From the NCBI RefSeq assembly GCF_008000775.2, contig NZ_CP042905.2, forward strand, positions 1,890,001-1,922,000: a stretch of 32,000 nucleotides of DNA. Reading direction: 5' to 3'. Shown piece after piece: positions 9,204-17,275 of this stretch. Origin of the DNA: Promethearchaeum syntrophicum (lineage in GTDB: Archaea > Asgardarchaeota > Lokiarchaeia > Sigyniarchaeales > Promethearchaeaceae). How positions within the stretch are numbered: position 1 is the stretch's first letter; each line of letters opens with the position of its first letter. Made by a program: the position numbers and the translations under genes. The notes beneath the pieces are model-generated. The model had not been told where the DNA came from and made no database searches. It saw nothing but the letters and a program-made list of their open reading frames with translations.

Positions 9204-12200
9204 TTAAATTCGTTTGAATTTAATTTGAATAGTCCCTATTGTGCCCTGACTAAGTTTTTTTTCGCAATAAGAACATTTTCCTTCTTGACCATCAAATATC
9301 TTTTGTACTGCCTTTTCCCTAATCATGGCAAAACATTTTCCATTGGTGCAGACATGAAATTCATGAAATATCCATTCATCTTCCTTCTCGATTTGTTGAT
9401 CGACAATTTCCAAAGGATACGCAGTTACTTTTTCAACAATTTTTGCTTTCGTATCTTTCAATGTGCCCAGTAAAAATGGATGTTCGGATGCAAGCTGTAG
9501 GTTTATTTCTTCTCCAGTTTGTAATTTATGTTGCTTGCGTAAAAATTGAATAGTTCGCAATAAATCCCGTAATATCCGTTCTTGTTGGAGTTTTTTAGAA
9601 TCTTTAATATCCAAGTAAATATTATACTCTGGTAATTCCGTTTCAATTATTTTACCTTTCCTTGGTTTCTCATCAACAATATAAATTTCCTTGACATTGC
9701 ACATTTCCTGAATAAGGTCCTTAAATAAGAGTTCTTTTTTCTCCTTTGGTAATAGGGATAGACTTTTAGTAGGCCATCTTAATTTAATCTTATGTTCTGA
9801 TTTTAGGGATCTAACTTCATCAATAATTTGACGAGCATCAAGCATTTGAGATTCTATTGCTTCATCTATGTATTTTTTTACAACTTTCGGCCATTTTTCT
9901 AAATGAACCGATGCTTTACTCTTTGTAATCATTTCATCTTTGAATAATTTCTGATAAATTTCTTCAGAGATCATTGGGTTAAGAGGTGCCATTAATAAAC
10001 ACAATTTGTAAAGGATATGCCATAGAACTGCTAAAGTGGTGTATTTCTCTTCATCTTCAGCATTCACATCAACTCTATCGCGAATAATAGTGATATACCA
10101 TCTTGATAAATCATTTAGAATATAATCTTGTAAACGGATTGGAATTGATGGCAATTCAAAAACATCATAGAGATCTGTCAATTCTTTTATTAATGAATAT
10201 GTTTTCGATAAAATCCATTTATCTACAGGAGAGAGTTCTTCATAAACGAATTTATGTTTCTTTGCATCAAATTTGTTTAGATTCATTTTTTCTTGAGCAA
10301 ATAAGAATGTATTCCAGAAAGTATTCAAGACTTTAAATGTATCTGTATATTCTTTGTAATCAAAATTAAAATCTCTCCCAGGTGGAACATTTCCAACGCA
10401 ATAAAATCTAAACGTTTCTATGCCCTTAATATTACTCCAGCGTCTGTCATCCTTGATATATTTCTTTTTTGCTGCTTTTCTAACTTTCTTTTTAGGATCT
10501 ATCTTTTTAGTTTTATCAAATTTTGAAATTGAAGCTAAAGTTGCGACTTTTCGCATTTCTTCTTTTTGTTTCTCTGTTAGGATCTCCACTTTACCTTCTA
10601 AAACATCTTGAGGTAATACCGCGTTTCCTATTGATTTAGACATCTTCATTCCATGTGAATGAACCCATCCATGCATAAAACATGCATTGTAATTTTTCCG
10701 TTTAGAAGAAAGCATAGCACTGGAAAGAAGTGAATTAAACCATCCTCTAATCTGATCTTTTCCTTCCAATATAAAATCCACAGGCTCCCAAGTATCATAA
10801 TGCTCATGCCCGTCAACAAATTGTTGAGATGCCCACATAACAGAACCACTATCAAGCCATACATCTGCTAAATCGGGAACTCTTTTCATTGTTCCTTTAT
10901 CGCATTTTGGACATTTCCAGGTCACTTCATTAATAATTGGGATATGAAGATCATCAGGGCAATCACCAGCTTTTTCTTTTAATTCCTCCATTGAGCCGAT
11001 TACATCTATTTCACCGCATTCTTCACTATCACAAACCCAAATTGAAAGCGGTATTCCCCATAATCTCTGACGTGAAATGCACCAATCTTGTAATGAATTT
11101 AACCATGATTTGAAGTTTGTAGAACCTGCTCTTTTTGGGATCCAAAGAATTTCTTCATTTGCCTTTAACATTTCATTTCTCAACGCGGAAGTTTTGAAAA
11201 ACCATTGCTTGGTTGCGCGATAAACTAGTTTGGTTTTACATCTCCAACAATGAGCATATTCGTGTTGAATTTTTTCTTCATGAATTAAAGTACCTTTTTC
11301 AATAAGCATATCCATTATTTCCCGATTTACTTCATGCACATATTTTCCTTCAAAAGTTTTCCCCGCTTCTTTAGTATAGCATCCATCCATTTCTACAGGA
11401 GAAAAAATAGGAATACCATTTGCTAAACCTACTTCAAAATCTTCAGGTCCATGGCCTGGAGCGCTGTGAACCAATCCAGAACCTCCTGTTTCTTGAACAT
11501 ATTCACGAGACATTAATATTGAATGAACTTTAGGTTCTTCTATTTCTAATTCTGCTTGATATGGGATTTCATCAGCCAATGGATGAATATATTTCTTTCC
11601 TTCTAACTGTGAACCTTGTATTCTCTCTCCATATTCAAATCCATCCTCTGTTTTTAAAGTTAAACCTAATTTATTCTGGAGTAAATCTGCAGTTGAAGCT
11701 ATCCCCATTATCCAATATTCGTCTTTAACGCGCATTTTAACATATTCTATATCAGGATTTGCCATTATATTTGTGTTTGACACAAGAGTCCATGGAGTTG
11801 TGGTCCAAATAACATAAAATGTTTTAGGATCTTCAACAGATCGAAATTTAACGAAAATTGCTGTGTCTTCTATATCGTAATATTCGAATTCATGTTTTGC
11901 TAAAGCTGTTCCACAACGTGGGCAACAATTCATAGGGCGAAACCCTTGATATAAATAGCCATTTTCCCACACTTTCTTTATGGTCCACCAAACGCCCTGA
12001 ATATATGTGTTTTTTAATGTGATATATGGATTATCCCAGTTCCAAAAATTACAGCCGAGTCTCTTAAATTGATCGTTCATTGGTTCGATTTTACTAATTG
12101 CATATTCTCTACACTCTTTAATGAATTTTTCTAAGCCATATTCCAAAATCTCTTTCTTATTTTTTATCCCCAACTTCTTTTCAATTTCAACTTCAATAGG

Positions 12201-12470
12201 TAATCCATGTGTATCATAACCGGGGGTGTCAATGACTCTAAATCCTCGCATTCTTTTATATTTAATAATCATGTCTTTTAGAATCTTGTTCCACGCAGTT
12301 CCAAGATGAACGTCCCCAGTAGTGTACGGTGGACCATCTAAATAGAAAAATTTCTTATTTTTTGCTTTGGGTTCAGCCTTTTTGATGAGATCATATGTTT
12401 TTTCCGTTTCCCACCATTTTATAATTCTTTCTTCGATTTCGTTTGAATCAAATTTTCCGAGTGTTTTCAT
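9204..12470 (-). CDS. ileS: Isoleucyl-tRNA synthetase, archaeal/eukaryotic type
   Basis: HIGH-type motif PPYTTGDVHLGTAWNK and KMSKS motif GMKMSKSIGN. Editing-domain TTTPWTL, Zn knuckles CPRCGTAL / CWRCKTKL, and a C-terminal Cys cluster. Length 1088 aa. Confidence 0.97.
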   Translation of the reverse strand: MKTLGKFDSNEIEERIIKWWETEKTYDLIKKAEPKAKNKKFFYLDGPPYTTGDVHLGTAWNKILKDMIIKYKRMRGFRVIDTPGYDTHGLPIEVEIEKKLGIKNKKEILEYGLEKFIKECREYAISKIEPMNDQFKRLGCNFWNWDNPYITLKNTYIQGVWWTIKKVWENGYLYQGFRPMNCCPRCGTALAKHEFEYYDIEDTAIFVKFRSVEDPKTFYVIWTTTPWTLVSNTNIMANPDIEYVKMRVKDEYWIMGIASTADLLQNKLGLTLKTEDGFEYGERIQGSQLEGKKYIHPLADEIPYQAELEIEEPKVHSILMSREYVQETGGSGLVHSAPGHGPEDFEVGLANGIPIFSPVEMDGCYTKEAGKTFEGKYVHEVNREIMDMLIEKGTLIHEEKIQHEYAHCWRCKTKLVYRATKQWFFKTSALRNEMLKANEEILWIPKRAGSTNFKSWLNSLQDWCISRQRLWGIPLSIWVCDSEECGEIDVIGSMEELKEKAGDCPDDLHIPIINEVTWKCPKCDKGTMKRVPDLADVWLDSGSVMWASQQFVDGHEHYDTWEPVDFILEGKDQIRGWFNSLLSSAMLSSKRKNYNACFMHGWVHSHGMKMSKSIGNAVLPQDVLEGKVEILTEKQKEEMRKVATLASISKFDKTKKIDPKKKVRKAAKKKYIKDDRRWSNIKGIETFRFYCVGNVPPGRDFNFDYKEYTDTFKVLNTFWNTFLFAQEKMNLNKFDAKKHKFVYEELSPVDKWILSKTYSLIKELTDLYDVFELPSIPIRLQDYILNDLSRWYITIIRDRVDVNAEDEEKYTTLAVLWHILYKLCLLMAPLNPMISEEIYQKLFKDEMITKSKASVHLEKWPKVVKKYIDEAIESQMLDARQIIDEVRSLKSEHKIKLRWPTKSLSLLPKEKKELLFKDLIQEMCNVKEIYIVDEKPRKGKIIETELPEYNIYLDIKDSKKLQQERILRDLLRTIQFLRKQHKLQTGEEINLQLASEHPFLLGTLKDTKAKIVEKVTAYPLEIVDQQIEKEDEWIFHEFHVCTNGKCFAMIREKAVQKIFDGQEGKCSYCEKKLSQGTIGTIQIKFKRI

Positions 12471-12612
12471 TTAACTTAACCTTAACCCTTAGTTTTCGCT
12501 AAACAAAAAAAGAAATCATGTTTAAAAAAATTTAGGAGAAATAGAATAATTAGGAGAAAAATAAAAAAAGAAATTGTAATTGAAAAAAAGAATAAAAATA
12601 TGATGTTAAAAA

Positions 12613-12825
12613 TTATTTGGAGCCAATCAAGGCATTCATTTGTCTTTCTTTTAAAACTTTGAATTGATCATGTTCAATTTCTTTCACAAGATTAGCTTCT
12701 TTTGTCAAAAATTGATTTAAAGCTTGGCGAACTGCTTCAGAACGGCTTGGGAAATATCCTAAATCAACTAATGTTTTTAAGCAGTCAAGGTATTGTTCCG
12801 GTATATTAATAGTAACGATTTTTAT
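12613..12825 (-). CDS. Unannotated ribbon-helix-helix (CopG/Arc/MetJ-type) DNA-binding protein, about 70 aa, apparently with a non-canonical ATA start
   Basis: My translation of the minus strand: (ATA)KIVTINIPEQYLDCLKTLVDLGYFPSRSEAVRQALNQFLTKEANLVKEIEHDQFKVLKERQMNALIGSK*. The beta-strand plus helix-helix pattern with FPSRSEAVRQAL is classic RHH. An in-frame TAG lies 6 codons upstream of the ATA. There is no ATG/GTG/TTG before the RHH strand. GAGGGG sits 6 nt upstream of the ATA. Confidence 0.55.
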   Translation of the reverse strand: MKIVTINIPEQYLDCLKTLVDLGYFPSRSEAVRQALNQFLTKEANLVKEIEHDQFKVLKERQMNALIGSK

Positions 12826-12903
12826 TTTGTTCCCCTCTTTTTTCTAAAAAATTTTGATTTTACTGATGGTTTGTTTGAAGATAATAATTTGTTAACACTT
12901 TCT

Positions 12904-13021
12904 TTTTGTCGGCATTATTTTTAAAGAAATCTTATTCACATTCAATATACAGATGTTAAGCCCTTAACTTCCTATTTTGTCGGCATTATTTTTATTGCAT
13001 TCTTATTCATATTCACTATAC
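12904..13021. repeat. Two copies of a 47-bp imperfect direct repeat (12904..12950 and 12975..13021, period 71 bp) flanking a 14-bp palindrome (12955..12968)
   Basis: Hand alignment gives 41/47 identical, including an exact 20-mer ttttgtcggcattattttta. The palindrome is gttaag cc cttaac. The repeat lies in the divergent spacer between the RHH gene and nreA. Confidence 0.8.
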
Positions 13022-13095
13022 CTAAATAATTATTTATTATGCCTGGTCCTCCTTATTATAAATAACTAAGCACTTGAAAAAGCATCAGAAATATA

Positions 13096-14487
13096 TTGTT
13101 AATTGAGAGGATTAAAGTGAATCAGTACTCATCAGCACAAACTGGACCGATAGAAATTGAAAATATCTGTATTCGTTGTAAAGGATCCAGATTACTGTGC
13201 GGGAAGAAAACCTGTCCAATTTTGATGAGAAATTCCATTTTGAAAAGTTCCGTGGGCATAGATCCTAAGGATTATAAGGGCAAAAAAGATATTTTCGGTG
13301 CAAGTCCTCCTGCTGTCTTTGTTGGATCTTATGGATACCCGAAAGTAAATATTGGCCCACTTCTCCCAATTGGAGAGTATGCAAAATCTAAAGACACACA
13401 TTTTTTGGATTCTCCCGAATCTTGGTTTGGAAAACCAATTGAAGAAATAGTTGGTTTTCGTTCAAGTATGATTCGTTCAAATTTTAATATCAGTGTTCGT
13501 TATAATGATAATCTTGATACCACATACGGGAAATTAAATAGATCTAATCGGAAATTACTGGATGCAACTCAAGAATTAACTCTCGCTTCAAATTCAGTTG
13601 ATACTGAAGCACACCTTTCAAGAATACGTTTCAATTTAAAATATGATACTAATGCTGCACCAACAGGACCTTCTGGAAGGGCGGAAGAGATAAAAGTAGT
13701 TGATAATATTAAAGTTCTTAAATCCGTTGATAAAGTGTATTCTGATAGAGATCTCAAAGCAGCCGATGCAATTTTAGATTATTTATACAAATCTGAAGAT
13801 GTATCAATTACTTCAATTCAACGTTTACTTTCAGCAGGGTTACTGGGTGTAAAGAAAAAGAGAACGCTAGTTCCTACGAGATGGAGTATTACAGCAGTAG
13901 ATGATATTATCGGGAAAGGAATAGCCAAGAAATTAATTCATTTTCAAACATTAGATAAGACTTACACCTTTACGGGGAAATATCTAGATAATAAATTTCT
14001 GATTTTACTCACCCCTGGTCCATGGAGCTATGAGATGAATGAATATTGGCATCGGGACTCCATTTGGAATCAAGATATTCCTGGTGTTTCTAATAACCAA
14101 CCGTCTATGCCTGTTATTGCGACTGATTATGAATTCGAAAAAGGTAGAAAGAATTATGCTGGAAATATCACAGGAGCATATTACGCCGCTCGAAAGGAAG
14201 TTGAAGAATTTTTATTCAAACAAAGACGACAAGCACGTGTGTTTGTTTTTAGAGAGATCTCGGGAGGTTATCTCGTTCCCCTTGGTGTTTGGGTCATTAG
14301 AGAGACTGTACGTAATATTTTGTCAGATGGAATGAAGGGAGGGAATGTGCAAATCCACGAATCTTTGGAAACTGCTCTTCAACGCATTAGAGAAGTATTC
14401 ACTCTTCCTATTAAACACTGGATAAAAACAAGTCACCTTATCCCTTATATTCGTAAACAACGTCGATTGGATTATTGGATGGTTTGA
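13096..14487 (+). CDS. nreA: Archaeal Nre-family DNA repair protein (NreA-like; Nre_N/Nre_C, formerly DUF650/DUF651)
   Basis: N-terminal Cys cluster CIRCKGSRLLCGKKTCP, followed by FGASPPAVFVGSYGYPKVNIGPL and LVPTRWSITAVDD blocks as I remember them for Nre proteins. The C-terminus QRRLDYWMV is PIP-box-like. The start may be GTG 13117, which has GAGAGG 6 nt upstream. Confidence 0.75.
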   Translation: MLIERIKVNQYSSAQTGPIEIENICIRCKGSRLLCGKKTCPILMRNSILKSSVGIDPKDYKGKKDIFGASPPAVFVGSYGYPKVNIGPLLPIGEYAKSKDTHFLDSPESWFGKPIEEIVGFRSSMIRSNFNISVRYNDNLDTTYGKLNRSNRKLLDATQELTLASNSVDTEAHLSRIRFNLKYDTNAAPTGPSGRAEEIKVVDNIKVLKSVDKVYSDRDLKAADAILDYLYKSEDVSITSIQRLLSAGLLGVKKKRTLVPTRWSITAVDDIIGKGIAKKLIHFQTLDKTYTFTGKYLDNKFLILLTPGPWSYEMNEYWHRDSIWNQDIPGVSNNQPSMPVIATDYEFEKGRKNYAGNITGAYYAARKEVEEFLFKQRRQARVFVFREISGGYLVPLGVWVIRETVRNILSDGMKGGNVQIHESLETALQRIREVFTLPIKHWIKTSHLIPYIRKQRRLDYWMV

Positions 14488-14536
14488 AAGAATTACTATA
14501 AAAAGATTTAATTAAAATTGAGTTTTTGACATTATA

Positions 14537-15088
14537 ATGAGTGTTGCTTTGCTTGTTATCGGAATATGTTTTTTAATATTTAGGATTTGGTTAACCGAAT
14601 TCCGATTAAAAGAAGAGCTCCAATTCCGGCGACACTATTTATCGCGTTTTTTAAATTATTATTTTTGCCTAGCTTTAATTTCAAGTTTTTCATGGGATCT
14701 CTTTAATTTTATTTTAATCAGCGAAACAATTCCAATGATAATTGCTCTAATTGGTTGGGATATTCCCTTCTTCATCAAATTTAATAACCAAACCCATTGG
14801 GAAAAGAATAAAGTATGGTTAATTGTCGAAAGAGCAACTCTGCATCCTCCAATGATAGCAACGATTATTTGGATGTTTATTTCGGGTTTGAAATCTTTTG
14901 TGGATTCTTCAAACTTAATCCCAATTATAATCATCACATTGATTATAGGTTTACTTCCCTATTTTCTATTTGATCAAAGATGGACAAGAAATTTCATCAA
15001 AAAGGGTGTTTTTTTTAGTTTTAGGTGGGAAATTCTAACTATTGCAATCATATCTTTGATACTGACAATTATTTATTTTCTAATTTAG
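14537..15088 (+). CDS. Small integral membrane protein (183 aa, about 5-6 TM), unknown function
   Basis: Hydrophobic segments throughout. No motif recognised. Confidence 0.45.
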   Translation: MSVALLVIGICFLIFRIWLTEFRLKEELQFRRHYLSRFLNYYFCLALISSFSWDLFNFILISETIPMIIALIGWDIPFFIKFNNQTHWEKNKVWLIVERATLHPPMIATIIWMFISGLKSFVDSSNLIPIIIITLIIGLLPYFLFDQRWTRNFIKKGVFFSFRWEILTIAIISLILTIIYFLI

Positions 15089-15266
15089 ATTCAAAATTGA
15101 TCTAATTTTATTATTGTTATATTTATAGCTTAACTTAAATTCGAGCGAAAAGAATACTCATGAGGATTAGGTATAAAAATATAACCTCGATCGGAAAAAT
15201 CTAATAGCACAATTTTCAATAGTACTATTAATAGAGAAAAATTAAAATTTTTGAGCTTAAAAAAAA

Positions 15267-15803
15267 ATGAAACTTGTTAAGGAACCTAATAGTATCATCA
15301 AATTACTAAACTCAAGCAATGAAGATGAGAAAACTTTAGGATACAAGTCATTTTTAAGTCGAACACACTGGTTTTCTGCTCAAACTCCTGAAGCATTAAA
15401 AATTTTTGCATGTAATCAATTAAATGTAAATCCTCGATATGTTTTAGCTACAGGTTTTAAAAAAATAGAGCCGGCCTTTTTATATGCAAGTCAAGACTCG
15501 TTGGAAAATAAAAAACTCAAAATGGTTTCAGCAGCCTATGATTATGTTAAAAGTATCAATGAAGAGATCCCCCCCATCATTGTGTGGAATTTTTTTGATT
15601 CGCAGAAAATTAGATTTATTGTTCACGATGGCCATCATAGAGCATTTTTCGCTTATCGTTATCATAGAAAAGTAAAGGCAGTTATACTCGAACCATTAGG
15701 GAATTATCACCAAATGGAAGAAAAGTTTAATTACGCGTTTCAAATTCAAAAAAGGGTAATAGATTTACCCGTTACTCGTCAAAAAGCAGATATGGTGAAT
15801 TAA
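15267..15803 (+). CDS. ParB/sulfiredoxin-fold (ParBc-like) protein, paralog A
   Basis: EIPPIIVW-x12-FIVHDGHHRAFFAYRYHRKVKAVILE matches the ParB N-terminal/Srx pattern (strand, DGxHR, helix, hPAhV strand). No HTH is evident. Confidence 0.6.
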   Translation: MKLVKEPNSIIKLLNSSNEDEKTLGYKSFLSRTHWFSAQTPEALKIFACNQLNVNPRYVLATGFKKIEPAFLYASQDSLENKKLKMVSAAYDYVKSINEEIPPIIVWNFFDSQKIRFIVHDGHHRAFFAYRYHRKVKAVILEPLGNYHQMEEKFNYAFQIQKRVIDLPVTRQKADMVN

Positions 15804-16403
15804 ATGGTAAATTCAGAGATTAAATGGGAATTTATAGATGTTGATGAATTTACAATCAAGCATCTTCAAGATTTCAATGTAAAAGATTTAACCAGGATGT
15901 TTTTGAGAGTAGAAGATCCAATGGTTCCTGAATTAGCTTATCTCGCATTTTTGTTAAAAAGCAAATGGGGAGTTACATTTGATATTGAGCGAGGTATAAG
16001 AAGAACATTAATGCAACTTAGATTACCTCTATTTGAAGGAAAAGGATTAAGCTGGAAGGAAAGAAAAATGAATCCCGCTAAAATTTGGGCTTCTGAAGAT
16101 TCCTTGGATTTTGAAAAGTTCCAAATGGTAAAAGTAGCCCTCGAATATATGATAAAAAATCATAAACCAATCCCCCCGGTAGTAGTTTGGCTCATAAAAA
16201 CAGAGTCTAGATATAACCTCGTATGCCATGATGGACATCATCGTATTCATGTAGCTAATGAATTAAAAATGCCGATTCCCGCGATTGTTCTTGAATATTG
16301 GATTGATAATCGAGAGATTCCTATTTTACCTCAAAAAATACCATATCGGAAAATTAATAGTTATGTAATTGATTTACCCATAGAAAAATTCGTTCCAATC
16401 TAA
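15804..16403 (+). CDS. ParB/sulfiredoxin-fold (ParBc-like) protein, paralog B
   Basis: PIPPVVVW-x12-LVCHDGHHRIHVANELKMPIPAIVLE. It is clearly homologous to the upstream ORF (ASEDSLDFEKFQMVKVALEYM vs ASQDSLENKKLKMVSAAYDYV). Its ATG directly follows the upstream TAA, with GGTGA 5 nt upstream. Confidence 0.6.
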   Translation: MVNSEIKWEFIDVDEFTIKHLQDFNVKDLTRMFLRVEDPMVPELAYLAFLLKSKWGVTFDIERGIRRTLMQLRLPLFEGKGLSWKERKMNPAKIWASEDSLDFEKFQMVKVALEYMIKNHKPIPPVVVWLIKTESRYNLVCHDGHHRIHVANELKMPIPAIVLEYWIDNREIPILPQKIPYRKINSYVIDLPIEKFVPI

Positions 16404-16472
16404 GGTAAATTTCATTTTTTTATTAATTTGGAAAACAATTACTTTAAAATTTCAAGTTAATTTTTATAAAAT

Positions 16473-17234
16473 ATGAATTTTGAAGAAAAATATGAATTTG
16501 CTAAAGAAAAATTCAAAACCTTTAGAAATTATATCGAAATATCTGATTTTAGACAATTTATGTTATTAATTTTAAATATCGAAGGAGACGGTGCCGAGGC
16601 CATAATGCGACAATTAGGTATGGGTTCTAAAACCAAGACACTATTGCCATATGATCCTTTCAAGAAAGCGTATTATACCAAAGTGATATCAAGTCTTTCT
16701 ATGAAAAATCAATTAAAAATATACATAAAATCAGAGAAAATTAATGAATCTCTGCTGAATAAATCAGATTCTAAGATTTTTACAGAAAATTTAAGTGAAT
16801 ATGAACGAAAAAACCTTCTTCCTAACAAATTTGCTTTGATTACTCCATCAGTAGTAGATACTTTGTATGAAAATCCTGAAAAAATTGAAAAAAAGGAAAT
16901 TATTCCGGTTATCGAATCCTTATATGAAGATTTAGCAGAATTTATTGCTAGTCAAAATTTAAAATATATTTTTATTTTGGAAGATGATACTGCAGATATT
17001 TTATTTACTGTAAATATGTCGTATGCTCCTGATACTAATTCTTCAAATCTGATCCAGTTCTTTGATGTTTTTATTGATGAAGAAAAGAAGATTCGAAATC
17101 ATACATTTATTAGAATGAAAAAGGATGAGATAGATATGGAATTTATGAATGAAATTAAAGAATATAGTCATTCTGACATTTTTAAATCACATTTCACCAT
17201 TATTGTTAAAATTAAATCATTCGATTTATTATAA
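16473..17234 (+). CDS. Hypothetical protein (253 aa), last gene of the co-directional nreA-parB-like cluster
   Basis: ORF only. No motif recognised. Confidence 0.4.
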   Translation: MNFEEKYEFAKEKFKTFRNYIEISDFRQFMLLILNIEGDGAEAIMRQLGMGSKTKTLLPYDPFKKAYYTKVISSLSMKNQLKIYIKSEKINESLLNKSDSKIFTENLSEYERKNLLPNKFALITPSVVDTLYENPEKIEKKEIIPVIESLYEDLAEFIASQNLKYIFILEDDTADILFTVNMSYAPDTNSSNLIQFFDVFIDEEKKIRNHTFIRMKKDEIDMEFMNEIKEYSHSDIFKSHFTIIVKIKSFDLL

Positions 17235-17275
17235 ACAAATTTGACAGAAGAAAATATAAAAAAGGTGTTTTTTAT

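Noticed and set aside
12532-12559. Two TTAGGAGAAA copies 18 bp apart that look like plus-strand Shine-Dalgarno boxes
   Set aside because: No plausible plus-strand ORF follows either copy. They lie in the spacer upstream of ileS (minus strand) and may just be purine-rich spacer sequence.
12904-13021. Possibility that the direct repeats are a mini CRISPR array
   Set aside because: There are only two imperfect copies of 47 bp with a 24-bp spacer, no further units, and no cas genes in the window.
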